Numbered from the stretch's first letter, positions 46,507 through 56,147 are shown. The stretch: DNA of 64,000 nt from Alphaproteobacteria bacterium (GCA_017534945.1 JAFXVB010000026.1:1034-65033); one strand, 5' to 3'. Notes: generated by a model from the letters alone, not told the origin. Made by a program: numbers and translations.

Positions 46507-47523
46507 TTATTTGCCAATAAAATCTAAAATTTTTGTTGCCAACCTGCGGCGCGATTTTGGCACAGATTTAAACACACCTAAATCATATAAATCTGTGAAC
46601 GCCTGCTTTGCGGTTGTCAATTCTTCGTCCGTTTTCAAATATTTAATTTTACGAAAAGCCCAATTAACAAAAAACCACAGAAAATTTTCACTCCATAATT
46701 TCATTTGATGCGCATTTGCTTGGTCACGATACAACACAAACGCATCTTTGATACCTTCTATCAAAGACATCATTATCCGCAATTGTTTTGCAGATAAAAC
46801 AATTCCACCAAAATTTGGAATATAATAATAAAGTGGTAACGGCGCAATCGTGACACGTGGATTACGCATCATAACACGCGACCACCATGGAAAATCTTCG
46901 AATAAAATACCTTTGATAAATGGAATATCTTGAATCAAAGTGCGACGATACATGTTTTTCCAAACCTGGCAATGTTTAATTAACCAATGACGATTTTTAC
47001 GAAACGCGTTATGTGCACTGTCTGTTGCGTATTCATACACATCATCAACAGTTCTAGATTTAATTTTATCCACATTGTATCTTTTTTTGATGCCCATTGG
47101 CACAACATTATCTGTATCCAATCCAAGTTTATAATACACCATCAATTGCGGACGATAAAACCGGTCATATGTGAACGATACAATATCACTGTTATTTTTT
47201 TGAGCCAACGAATATGCAATTTCCATTGTTTGTGGATGAATAAAATCATCACTGTCCAGATACATAATATAATCACCGGTGGCATATGGCATACCGGCAT
47301 TACGCGCATCCGATAATCCGCCATTTTCTTTATGCACAACAACAAATCGTTTATCCAGCAAAGCATAAGATTCTGCAATTTCGCCGGATTTATCGGGACT
47401 GCCGTCATCAACCAAAATTGCCTGCCAATCTGTAAATGTTTGTGCCAACACCGAATCCAAACAGCGCGCTAAATATTTTTCAACACCATACATTGGAATA
47501 ATGATTGATATTTTTGGTGCCAT
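46507..47523 (-). CDS. GT2 glycosyltransferase
   Basis: ISIIIPMYGVEKYLARCLDSVLAQTFTDWQAILVDDGSPDKSG and YLDSDD are classical GT-A/GT2 motifs. Confidence 0.85.
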   Translation of the reverse strand: MAPKISIIIPMYGVEKYLARCLDSVLAQTFTDWQAILVDDGSPDKSGEIAESYALLDKRFVVVHKENGGLSDARNAGMPYATGDYIMYLDSDDFIHPQTMEIAYSLAQKNNSDIVSFTYDRFYRPQLMVYYKLGLDTDNVVPMGIKKRYNVDKIKSRTVDDVYEYATDSAHNAFRKNRHWLIKHCQVWKNMYRRTLIQDIPFIKGILFEDFPWWSRVMMRNPRVTIAPLPLYYYIPNFGGIVLSAKQLRIMMSLIEGIKDAFVLYRDQANAHQMKLWSENFLWFFVNWAFRKIKYLKTDEELTTAKQAFTDLYDLGVFKSVPKSRRRLATKILDFIGK

Positions 47524-47536
47524 GTTATCCCCCTTT

Positions 47537-48445
47537 TTACATTTTATTTATCATAACATCTGCAAACGAACCCGGAACCGGATTATCAGATCCACGATAA
47601 GTTGTTTTTTGAAAAAATGCACCAGATGTCACATCATCAAAAGTTTTCTGGTCAAAAGGTTGATTTTGATATGTCCACCATAATGCATGTGTGGGATCTT
47701 GGACCACATGTGGCATTTTTGCAAAATATTTTTTTGCGCGTTCATCATTTTCAACCAAAGTTTTAAATAACAATTGATGCATAAAATAATCAAATATATG
47801 ATTTTCATGCATCCAATAATCCAAAATCATGGCTCTCCATGCCGCCAATAAAAACGCCCCGCGACGCGCACGAATAAAACAGTTTTGACAAAAACTGTAT
47901 GGACTGCCCCCTATGTTATAATTATCACCGGTTAAATACATAAAATAATCTTGGTTTTCAATCCAATCTGGAATTGGTGCCGTCACAAATCCCGTTGAAT
48001 CCAACCAATAACCACCATGCCGATACAATAATTCAACACGACAAATATCCGCAAAATGCGCATGACCAATTTTACCCTCTTTATATTTCTTCACAATTTC
48101 ATCTGGCAAAGAAATATAATCAAACACAGTATTCGCATCCAATACAATCAATTCTTGCTTGCAATGACGACGCACACTGCGGAAACATGCCTTTACCAAT
48201 GCCGGTGCGGCATCTTCACCCTGAAGCCACAAAGTCCAAATTTTATCATTATCGTCATCTTTGATAACATCGGTTTCTTTTACAGAATTCACAGCCGGCA
48301 AATATCTTTTAAAATATTGTGATACAATTTTAGCGGTCGCGTCTGTTCGCACCTTTCTGCGTGCCAAACGATTAAAAAAATGAAAATTAAAAATATGACC
48401 AATTAAAACCAATTTCAATGTTGCAAAAGATCGTGCAATATTCAT
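47537..48445 (-). CDS. capsular polysaccharide synthesis (Caps_synth/GT32-like) protein
   Basis: IWTLWLQGEDAAPALVKACFRSVRRHC and HAHFADICRVELLYRHGGYWLDSTGF match the family pattern. Confidence 0.6.
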   Translation of the reverse strand: MNIARSFATLKLVLIGHIFNFHFFNRLARRKVRTDATAKIVSQYFKRYLPAVNSVKETDVIKDDDNDKIWTLWLQGEDAAPALVKACFRSVRRHCKQELIVLDANTVFDYISLPDEIVKKYKEGKIGHAHFADICRVELLYRHGGYWLDSTGFVTAPIPDWIENQDYFMYLTGDNYNIGGSPYSFCQNCFIRARRGAFLLAAWRAMILDYWMHENHIFDYFMHQLLFKTLVENDERAKKYFAKMPHVVQDPTHALWWTYQNQPFDQKTFDDVTSGAFFQKTTYRGSDNPVPGSFADVMINKM

Positions 48446-48505
48446 ATCCGCCCCTTTTTTTATTAAATTTCAGGCGACGCAAAATCGCATCGCCTAAAAA
48501 CAATT

Positions 48506-49579
48506 TTATTCCTCTGCGACACCAACATCATCATCGTCCGCCGGCCCAGTTGTCATTTCTTCGGCAATACCGCTTGCCTTTTCCATAATCTTATTTAACA
48601 ACTCTTGCTGAACATCTGGGTGTTCTTTTAACCATTGACGAACATTGGCTTCGCCCTGACCCAATCTTTCATTATTATAAGAATAAAATGACCCCGCCTT
48701 TTCGATGATATTATATTTCACGCCCATATCTATAATTTCACTGATACGCGAAATACCTTCGCCATACATTATTTTAAAATCAACCGTTCTAAAAGGTGGC
48801 GCAACTTTATTTTTTACAATTTTGACACGCGTTTCATTACCAACGACATTTTCTTTATCTTTGATTGCGCCGGTTCTGCGAATATCCAAACGAACAGACG
48901 CATAGAATTTCAATGCATTACCACCCGATGTTGTTTCTGGATTACCGAACATAACACCGATTTTCATACGAATTTGATTGATGAATATCAAAAGCGTATT
49001 GCTACGCGACACAGACCCCGCCAACTTTTTTAATGATTGCGACATCAAACGCGCAGTTGTTCCAACAAACGAATCGCCGATATTACCTTCTAATTCTGCC
49101 TTTGGCACCAATGCCGCAACCGAATCAATCACAACGACATCAACCGCCCCAGATTTAATAAGTGTATCCGCGATTTCCAAAGCCTGTTCCCCGGAATCAG
49201 GTTGTGAAATAATAAGTTCAGAAACATTACAACCTAATTTCTTAGCATAACTTGGGTCCAAAGCATTTTCCGCATCAATATATGCGCATGTACCACCTTT
49301 TTTTTGTGCTTCGGCCACCGCATGCAGCGCCAATGTTGTTTTACCAGAACTTTCCGGCCCATAAATTTCAACGATACGACCACGCGGATAACCACCAATC
49401 CCCAGCGCAATATCCAACCCCAGCGAACCAGACGATATTGCCTCTATATTTTGTTGGGACCCATCGCCCATTTTCATAATTGCTTCTTTACCGAATTGTT
49501 TTTGGATTTGTGCCAAAGCCGATTCTAAGGCCGGATTTTTAGCCGGTGTTGCGGCCACTTCTTTTTCTTTTTTTGCCAT
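48506..49579 (-). CDS. recA: recombinase RecA
   Basis: Walker [10 protein letters not shown], with [11 protein letters not shown] and L1/L2 loop regions. The true start is the ATG at 49579 ([10 protein letters not shown]) behind AAAGGGGA. The 88 codons upstream in the track ORF lie in a repeat element. Confidence 0.95.
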   Translation of the reverse strand: MAKKEKEVAATPAKNPALESALAQIQKQFGKEAIMKMGDGSQQNIEAISSGSLGLDIALGIGGYPRGRIVEIYGPESSGKTTLALHAVAEAQKKGGTCAYIDAENALDPSYAKKLGCNVSELIISQPDSGEQALEIADTLIKSGAVDVVVIDSVAALVPKAELEGNIGDSFVGTTARLMSQSLKKLAGSVSRSNTLLIFINQIRMKIGVMFGNPETTSGGNALKFYASVRLDIRRTGAIKDKENVVGNETRVKIVKNKVAPPFRTVDFKIMYGEGISRISEIIDMGVKYNIIEKAGSFYSYNNERLGQGEANVRQWLKEHPDVQQELLNKIMEKASGIAEEMTTGPADDDDVGVAEE

Positions 49580-49606
49580 AAATTTCCCCTTTGATTTATT
49601 ACTCGA

Positions 49607-49635
49607 ATCATACAAGGAATTTTCCCAATTTGCAA
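49607..49635 (-). promoter_or_regulatory. predicted recA promoter
   Basis: The minus strand reads TTGCAA - 17 nt - TATGAT. A second TTGCAA 5 nt upstream forms TTGCAA-CGGGC-TTGCAA. Confidence 0.4.
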
Positions 49636-49744
49636 GCCCGTTGCAATAAATATTATTTACCCAAAAACCAAATGCGGAAAGAGAATGAAGCAAACGCGCC
49701 TTGTTAAAAGAATCAAATATGGAAATAGAGCGAGGTAGATACGC

Positions 49745-49848
49745 AGTTATAATGCGAAAAGAGAATGGAGCAAATGCGCCGTTGTTTGTAAGCGTAGTGT
49801 ACAAATTGCTACATGAGCGCGCAAACAACAAGCAGTTGCCCATTATAT
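49745..49848. repeat. structured intergenic repeat, copy B
   Basis: AGTTATAATGCG...GTTGTTTGTAAGCGTAGTGTACAAATTGCTACATGAGCGCGCAAACAACAAGCAGTTGCCCATTATAT. It is homologous to the copies at 23978-24176. Its left part is duplicated again at 49671-49705. Confidence 0.85.
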
Positions 49849-49855
49849 TTCCGCA

Positions 49856-51064
49856 CTATTTGCGCAATAATACAAACAAAGTCATCACACCCACCGCAAT
49901 TGGAACAAACCATACCGCCGATGTAGTTCCCATTATTGCAATACACGCCGCACCCAAAATTGGCGCAATTACTTTTGGCAGATAAACCGTTGTTCTAAAA
50001 ACCCCATAAAATCGTGATTGTTCGCTTTTTTGTGCATTATCGAAAAAGAACAAATCATGCACCGGTTCCATAAACGCCCCAGAAATTTGCCATAAAACAA
50101 ATATTGCCAGCAATGGCACCCCTTGCAAAAATGTCGCCAAAGTTGCAAATACAACAAACGAAGAAACACCAATCACCATCAATGTTTTTGCGCCAACTTT
50201 TTTCACTAAATTACCAATAAAAGTATCAAATATAATATACGGCACAATACCCAATGTTAAAACCCATCCCAACACATTTGCAGAAAAGCCCTGTTCTACA
50301 ACCACAATCGGCACATATAATACACGCATCGCCGCCAAAGCATAAAAACCAAAATTTATAAAATAAGAACGTGGCATGCCGCTCCGCCGGAAAAATGCCA
50401 AAGTATTCAACCACAAAGATTTAAATGTTCGACGCGGACTGACGGTTTTAATTTCTTTATCCGCCTGAACTATACCAAATCGTTTAAAAAACAACAATCC
50501 CCCTGCATAAATCATTGCCGACGCCAAAAACGGAATACGATAATTACCAAACCAAGCCGCCATATTTAACGCAAAAAGCGGCGCCACCAATGCCCCAATA
50601 TTTACCCAAAAATAATATCGCGCATTTAATTTCGCCATACCAATATCTTTGGAAAAATCAGCCATAAACAACGGAATCAAAATACCGATAATTGTGGAAC
50701 CAATTCCCGATGTAAAATCCAAAGTTATAAAAGTTGTCGGCTTCACAGAAAAACTCATCATTGCATAACACACAACGACCAACAAAAATGCGACATACAT
50801 CAAACGCGCTTTGGAAAACCACCGCAATAATTCTTTGGAAAACAAACCCACAATCATACAAAACACAGAATACAACGCAACATACACACCAACAACCGAC
50901 GAAGCCAATTTTTCATTTGCCAATATTTCTGTGAATATTCCCAACACAACCAAAGAATAAACCGCATTATAAACACCCGATGCGAACCCAGTAAACAACC
51001 CCAGGTTTGCAAAAGAATAACCCGACACATTTGAATTTATTGCAATATATTTATCTTTGGCCAA
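49856..51064 (-). CDS. MFS transporter
   Basis: 402 aa with about 12 predicted TM segments in a 6+6 arrangement and a central basic loop (KTVSPRRTFKSLW..FFRRSGMPR). Confidence 0.75.
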   Translation of the reverse strand: MAKDKYIAINSNVSGYSFANLGLFTGFASGVYNAVYSLVVLGIFTEILANEKLASSVVGVYVALYSVFCMIVGLFSKELLRWFSKARLMYVAFLLVVVCYAMMSFSVKPTTFITLDFTSGIGSTIIGILIPLFMADFSKDIGMAKLNARYYFWVNIGALVAPLFALNMAAWFGNYRIPFLASAMIYAGGLLFFKRFGIVQADKEIKTVSPRRTFKSLWLNTLAFFRRSGMPRSYFINFGFYALAAMRVLYVPIVVVEQGFSANVLGWVLTLGIVPYIIFDTFIGNLVKKVGAKTLMVIGVSSFVVFATLATFLQGVPLLAIFVLWQISGAFMEPVHDLFFFDNAQKSEQSRFYGVFRTTVYLPKVIAPILGAACIAIMGTTSAVWFVPIAVGVMTLFVLLRK

Positions 51065-51111
51065 ATTTTCTCTCCCATAACAAAGCCTGTATATTATATC
51101 ACATATTTATT

Positions 51112-51139
51112 GATAAAACAAACCGCCCGTATCGGGCGG
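51112..51139 (-). terminator. rho-independent terminator after secB
   Basis: CCGCCCG-ata-CGGGCGG followed on the minus strand by TTTGTTTTAT. Confidence 0.6.
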
Positions 51140-51164
51140 CAAAAAACCATACAATAAACACAAA

Positions 51165-51617
51165 TTATTGATTAGCCGGTTTTTGTTGTTGCGCGGCATT
51201 TTTTCTTTGTTCATACAACGCTTCGAAATCAACCGGTTGCATAACAAATGCTGGGAACCCAGATTCCGCAGTCAAACGCGTCACCAACGCACGCAAAGAT
51301 GGGAATATCATTGTTGGAACATCAATCAACAAAGTACGCCGTTTTACTTCTTCATCTTTTTCTTCTTCCATTTGAACCAACCCAGAATAAGTTGTTTCAA
51401 TTAAAAAGATTGTTTTTGAATCTTTATCCAACTTAGAGTGAACTTTGGTAACCAAATCAACCATAAACACATTATTTTCAGCACCCTTGATTTGAATATC
51501 GATATTGATTTCGATTTTTGCCTGGCCATTATCTTGGTTAAAGAACAATTCCGGAACATTTGGGCTTTCAAAAGAAATATCTTTCAAGAATTGCGAAATA
51601 ATTTTGAACTTTGACAT
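51165..51617 (-). CDS. secB: protein-export chaperone SecB
   Basis: 150 aa. FLKDISFESPNVPELFF and the acidic C-terminal half match SecB. Confidence 0.85.
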   Translation of the reverse strand: MSKFKIISQFLKDISFESPNVPELFFNQDNGQAKIEINIDIQIKGAENNVFMVDLVTKVHSKLDKDSKTIFLIETTYSGLVQMEEEKDEEVKRRTLLIDVPTMIFPSLRALVTRLTAESGFPAFVMQPVDFEALYEQRKNAAQQQKPANQ

Positions 51618-51697
51618 ACGATTGCTCCTTTTTTTTTACTCAGTTTTATGATAATATAGCATTAGAAAAAGATTTTACAAGTGTGGGGGGATAAAAA

Positions 51698-52804
51698 ATG
51701 TTTAAATTCACAAAAATTCGATTTTTTGGCGTAATTGTGGCACTGGGCATTGCTTTTGCTTTGACATCGTGCGACATGTCAACCCCGACACATGTTGGAA
51801 ATGATGTTGTGGCACCCGAATCCAACCTGAAACCTGTTCCGTTTTCTGCCCTGCCCGGTTGGAAACAAGACGATGTCCGCTATGCATTACAGGCATTTCG
51901 TAATTCGTGCCGCGCAAACCTGCAATACACCGGTCGCGTAATTCCAGATGCCGCATTGGTTCGCGAAAAATGCGATTTAATGCCTGGTGCCGGCGCAGAT
52001 GTCAAAACCGTTCGCAATTGGTTTGAATCACATTTCCAAGCATATCGCGTTTATGACGATACAGGCCACACAAAGGGAACATACACAGGTTATTATTCTC
52101 CAACAATTCCTGCATGCCGACAAAAAACAGCCGAATGCAACGAACCATTAATGGCGGCACCATCAAATCCGGCACAATATAAAAACGTTCCAAAGAAAAA
52201 AATAGTAGAAAATAAAATTGGTCGCGTCCTGTATTGGGCAAACATCGTTGATGTCCAAAACATTCAAATCCAAGGCAGTGGTTTATTAAAACTGGAAGAC
52301 GGCGAAATGGTAAAATTAAACTTTGGCGCAACGAACGATATGCAATTCAAATCAATCGGCGAACAATTACGCAATCGCGGCATTAAACCAGACGGGGGAT
52401 ACAGTGCCGATGCCGTTTGGAAATACTTAAAGAAAAAACCAAGTCTTGCCCGCGAAGTCATTTATAATAATCCACGTTATGTATATTTCAAACAAGCCGA
52501 ATCCAAAAATGTAATTGGCAAACTTGGCACACCATTATCCAAGATTCGCAGTATTGCCGTCGATGACAGTATTTATACCGTCGGCATGCCGGTATACATC
52601 AACACTAATTTATCCGACGGTCGTAAATTCCAAAGATTAATGATTGCCCAAGATACCGGCAGTGCAATCCGCGGTTGGATACGCGCCGATATCTTTTTTG
52701 GTTCTGGGGACGAAGCATATAAATTTGCACATGGACAACACTCGTCTGGGGAAATGTATATTCTGTTGCCAAAGGAATATGTAAATGTCAAACAACCAAA
52801 ATAA
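51698..52804 (+). CDS. mltA: membrane-bound lytic murein transglycosylase A
   Basis: Lipoprotein signal (ALTSCD). Has the MltA domain (GYYSP...) and a 3D domain (AQDTGSAIRGWIRADIFFGSGDEA). Confidence 0.85.
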   Translation: MFKFTKIRFFGVIVALGIAFALTSCDMSTPTHVGNDVVAPESNLKPVPFSALPGWKQDDVRYALQAFRNSCRANLQYTGRVIPDAALVREKCDLMPGAGADVKTVRNWFESHFQAYRVYDDTGHTKGTYTGYYSPTIPACRQKTAECNEPLMAAPSNPAQYKNVPKKKIVENKIGRVLYWANIVDVQNIQIQGSGLLKLEDGEMVKLNFGATNDMQFKSIGEQLRNRGIKPDGGYSADAVWKYLKKKPSLAREVIYNNPRYVYFKQAESKNVIGKLGTPLSKIRSIAVDDSIYTVGMPVYINTNLSDGRKFQRLMIAQDTGSAIRGWIRADIFFGSGDEAYKFAHGQHSSGEMYILLPKEYVNVKQPK

Positions 52805-53126
52805 ATTTGAACATAAATTAAGCAATCGCACATCACGCCCAACTTTTATATCGGGCGTATTTGGGAATTTATTTCAAATATTTGGTGTGCGCGCATCAAG
52901 TACAGATTTGACAGAACGGTGGAACGAAATCATGGGTGATGAAATCGCATCTGTGGCAAAATTGGTTGCAATCAAAAAAACAATTGGCAACAAATACAGC
53001 GTTGTAATAAAATCAACAAATCCGGCATTAACATTACAATTATCATATCAAAAAGATGAAATTTTGCGTCGCATAAACAAATACTTTGGTTATGACGCCA
53101 TTTCCAAAATAACATATCGAAAATAG
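52785..53126 (+). CDS. DUF721 (DciA-like) protein
   Basis: 113 aa. WNEIMGDEIASVAKLVAIKK...YSVVIKSTNPALTLQLSYQKDEILRRINKYFG follows the DUF721 pattern. An AAGGAA SD is present, and the ORF overlaps the mltA end by 20 nt. Confidence 0.6.
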   Translation: MSNNQNKFEHKLSNRTSRPTFISGVFGNLFQIFGVRASSTDLTERWNEIMGDEIASVAKLVAIKKTIGNKYSVVIKSTNPALTLQLSYQKDEILRRINKYFGYDAISKITYRK

Positions 53127-53244
53127 TTCCGTCTTTTTTATTCGTCATACAGGCGCATGCCGGTATCCAGTTGGTACCCGTGGTACCAACTTGCTCACTT
53201 TATAACAACTGCGGGATGACAACACACACTAACAGAGATAATTA

Positions 53245-53270
53245 CAAAAAATCCGCCAACGTGGCGGATT
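53245..53270 (-). terminator. rho-independent terminator of the 53294-55522 gene
   Basis: The minus strand reads AAATCCGCCA-cgt-TGGCGGATTTTTT. Confidence 0.7.
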
Positions 53271-53293
53271 TAATGCATATACAAACAAACCCT

Positions 53294-55522
53294 TTATTCT
53301 TCGTTACCATAATTGATAGTAATCGAACGCCCCGCCCCAGAACTCTTTCTAGATAACTGTGCGTCTAATTTAGTTATACCTGTCAAAATATTACGCAAAC
53401 AGCTTAGCGCATTGCTTCTGCTTTTTATTCCTAATTTACTATCACCATCACAAGACGCTATTGCGGCTTCTTGGTCGTCTGGTTTATCTAAATGATCTTT
53501 CAAAACCTGTGCATCACTATACAATTGCTTTCTTATATTCACAGTTATCTTGTTTTTATCAATCATCGGTTTCATTGCTGAATAGTTTGCGCGTACACAA
53601 TCCAGCGCACTTTGCGCACTGCGTGCTTCGCAATTATCGAAACTAATATCCGCCGACGATTCAGATTCATAATCATCACTGGTGCCACCGGCCCCACTGG
53701 TTGTTCCACTGGCAACCTGCAAACTGGCCTTTAATGTTGCTTTTTCCAACATAATCTTTAACCGTTTTATCATCGATTCCAAAGAAGTATATTGCTTATA
53801 CATTTGTTGCGCGACAACCGTAGTTTTCAATCCAATAATTTCCTTCATATCGCTTTTCGCCGCACTTGAAGAAAAAACATCATTGTTCACATTCCCAGAA
53901 TTATATGCATGAACACTGCACAATGCATATATTGGATTGATATAGGAATTTTCTTCATCTTCACAACTTTTTGTGCATTTATCACTCGTCTCGGGATCAC
54001 GACAACAAATATTTGGTTTTAATGTTTTGGAAACTGTCGCACTTCTTAATTCTGTTTTTTTACTAACATCTATCGCACAATATTTTTTAATTTCTTCCAC
54101 AGGATTTTGCCACACAGCAAACGAATCCGGCGCATCTTGTGAAATTAAAAATTCCAATATATCTATATCAACACTACCGGCCTTTTGGTTTTTTGCACGA
54201 CGACGACCAATAATACTGCCGTTCAAAGCACTGCTGGCACACCCAATACGAATTTTAGAATCATCTTCGGGATACAACCAACTTTCTTTAACTTGATCTT
54301 CCCCAACCTCTTTATTCAACACACACGCCATATCGGCCTCTGGCGGAACCACCATACCATCGGTACATTCAATTCCTTGCTTAATACGATCTTTTTTGAT
54401 AGAACGATCGTTCCTACAATTACATGTATCTGCATTTATAACCTTGCCATCTTTATCAGATCTACACACCTCAAACGTTTTCGGTTTATAAACCCTTTGG
54501 TTGTTTTCAGTATCTGTCGGTTGACATATATATTCGCCCCAACGATTACAAGATCCGTTCAGCATCATATAAATATCAGTCATATCAACACCAACATCAC
54601 GCGCACTGGTCAATGCATAATCCAAATTTTCCACCAACGCATCGTATGGCTCCATAAATTTCATTGCCAATTCTTTGAATTTTTTAACACGTTTTGGACC
54701 GGTACAATTATTACCATTAACCTCATTACACTTACCATACTTAAACGCCTCACGCATAGTGGTTTTAAGGTTATTCAAACTGGTATCAACACCTTCCATA
54801 CTGGTTAAAATCTGTCCGGTAATTGTCGAACGCAAAATCACATCTTCGGAAACTCCGGATTTTGCCGCCGCCGTTTGCACCGCCGTCAAACCCGTATCCG
54901 CATCCGGCGCGGATGCCACATTGGCCCCGGCCGCCGCCGCCTGTTGCACGGCATCGGCCGTTTCACGTCTGCTTTCTTCTAATGCACTTTGCAAAGACGC
55001 AATTTGCGCATTATTTTGCTCTTGCATCATTTGCATTTGTTGTGTCATTTGTTGCTGCATCGCGGCAATTTGTTGCGCACTTTGTTCCGCCGCCGCTGCG
55101 GCCGAAGCCTGGGCCGCCGCCGCCTGTTGATTTGCGGTCGCGGTTGACGATGCCACCAATTGTGCCGCCACAGAATCCGCCAAAGAATCACCATGCTTTT
55201 TACATGTCGAATTAGAATTTACACACCCCGTCGCAATTGGTTTTGCAACATCCATTGATGTACATCCGCCACGTGCACACTTTGGCGTGGCACAACGCAA
55301 CACAACCGCAACACAATTATCAAAGTCCGCCTTGGCCGAATTATTAGCCTGCGCATTGGCACGTGGATTTGACGCATTATTCCATGCGTTATTCATCACG
55401 CTGCCCAACGAACCATTATAACCGGTTAAATTACTGCCCGCGGTCGTTGATATAGGCGCGGCCGTCACCGCAATGGGCGCACAAGAAAATACCGCCAACA
55501 AAAATTTTGTGATTGTTCTCAT
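53294..55522 (-). CDS. large secreted cysteine-rich protein with Ala/Gln-rich coiled segment, function unknown
   Basis: I prefer the start at the ATG at 55522 (MRTITKFLLAVFSCAPIAVTA, a signal peptide), giving about 742 aa. I count about 27 Cys. It contains the AAAEQSAQQIAAMQQQMTQQMQMMQEQNNAQIASLQ segment. I recognise no domain. Confidence 0.6.
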   Translation of the reverse strand: MRTITKFLLAVFSCAPIAVTAAPISTTAGSNLTGYNGSLGSVMNNAWNNASNPRANAQANNSAKADFDNCVAVVLRCATPKCARGGCTSMDVAKPIATGCVNSNSTCKKHGDSLADSVAAQLVASSTATANQQAAAAQASAAAAAEQSAQQIAAMQQQMTQQMQMMQEQNNAQIASLQSALEESRRETADAVQQAAAAGANVASAPDADTGLTAVQTAAAKSGVSEDVILRSTITGQILTSMEGVDTSLNNLKTTMREAFKYGKCNEVNGNNCTGPKRVKKFKELAMKFMEPYDALVENLDYALTSARDVGVDMTDIYMMLNGSCNRWGEYICQPTDTENNQRVYKPKTFEVCRSDKDGKVINADTCNCRNDRSIKKDRIKQGIECTDGMVVPPEADMACVLNKEVGEDQVKESWLYPEDDSKIRIGCASSALNGSIIGRRRAKNQKAGSVDIDILEFLISQDAPDSFAVWQNPVEEIKKYCAIDVSKKTELRSATVSKTLKPNICCRDPETSDKCTKSCEDEENSYINPIYALCSVHAYNSGNVNNDVFSSSAAKSDMKEIIGLKTTVVAQQMYKQYTSLESMIKRLKIMLEKATLKASLQVASGTTSGAGGTSDDYESESSADISFDNCEARSAQSALDCVRANYSAMKPMIDKNKITVNIRKQLYSDAQVLKDHLDKPDDQEAAIASCDGDSKLGIKSRSNALSCLRNILTGITKLDAQLSRKSSGAGRSITINYGNEE

Positions 55523-55633
55523 CAATCTCTCTCGTCTTTTAATTTTATCACAAAAAGACATTGAATAAAAGAATTATTTTTATAAATCCCTCTCGTCATA
55601 CCGGCAACGCCACCAACATAAAATAATAATTCA

Positions 55634-56128
55634 TCAATTGAACTTTGCACTTTGAACACTGAACTTTGCCATATTTGCGTGTGTCATAGCAATTGCAATC
55701 GCATCACTTTCGTCCGCCGTTTTTGGTTTTGCCGCCGGTAATAAAATAGAAAGCATTTTATAAATCTGTTCTTTATCGGCATGTCCCGCGCCTGTCAAAG
55801 CCTTTTTAATAATATTTGGTTCATACTCAAAAACCGGAATACTATTATGCGCAACACTAACAATTGCGGCCGCACGTGCATGTCCCAATAATAAAGTCGT
55901 CTTTGGATTTTTATTTGAAAAAATAATTTCTATACTGCACACATCAGGTTTGAATTTTTCGCATAAATCTGACACACCTTTGAATATAAAATCCAACCGT
56001 TCTGGCAACGGCATTTTAGTTGGTGGCAAAATCACACCACTGGCGATATATGTACGCGACGACCCGGCGACATCAATCACCGCCCAACCTGTATGCAATA
56101 AACCCGGATCAATTCCAATAATTCTCAT
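55634..56128 (-). CDS. ruvC: crossover junction endodeoxyribonuclease RuvC
   Basis: 164 aa. MRIIGIDPGL (catalytic Asp), IEIIFSNKN and ADESDAIAIAMTH are RuvC motifs. Confidence 0.9.
   Translation of the reverse strand: MRIIGIDPGLLHTGWAVIDVAGSSRTYIASGVILPPTKMPLPERLDFIFKGVSDLCEKFKPDVCSIEIIFSNKNPKTTLLLGHARAAAIVSVAHNSIPVFEYEPNIIKKALTGAGHADKEQIYKMLSILLPAAKPKTADESDAIAIAMTHANMAKFSVQSAKFN
55637..55664. repeat. tandem heptamer array ATTGAAC TTTGCAC TTTGAAC ACTGAAC (copy 2 of 3), inside the last codons of ruvC
   Basis: Read directly from the sequence. On the coding strand it encodes ...AKFSVQSAKFN*. Confidence 0.85.
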
Positions 56129-56147
56129 GATTTTTATTGTACCATAA

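Noticed and set aside
49580-49843. N-terminal 88 codons of the track ORF 48506-49843 ([15 protein letters not shown]...)
   Set aside because: The segment lies in the structured repeat element and has implausible composition. A conserved RecA N-terminus (MAKKEKEV...) with a strong SD starts at 49579.
51601-51617. Two heptamer-like units (TTTGAAC TTTGACA) at the secB start
   Set aside because: There are only two units, they sit inside the codons for MSKFKI, and no terminator module is adjacent. This is plausibly chance.
53127-53244. Possible small RNA, SRP RNA or tRNA in the 120-bp gap after the DUF721 gene, which contains the perfect hairpin AGTTGGTACC-cgt-GGTACCAACT
   Set aside because: There is no SRP motif (GGAAGCAGC), no tRNA cloverleaf and no T-loop. 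The region lies between convergent genes, so the hairpins are most simply terminators.
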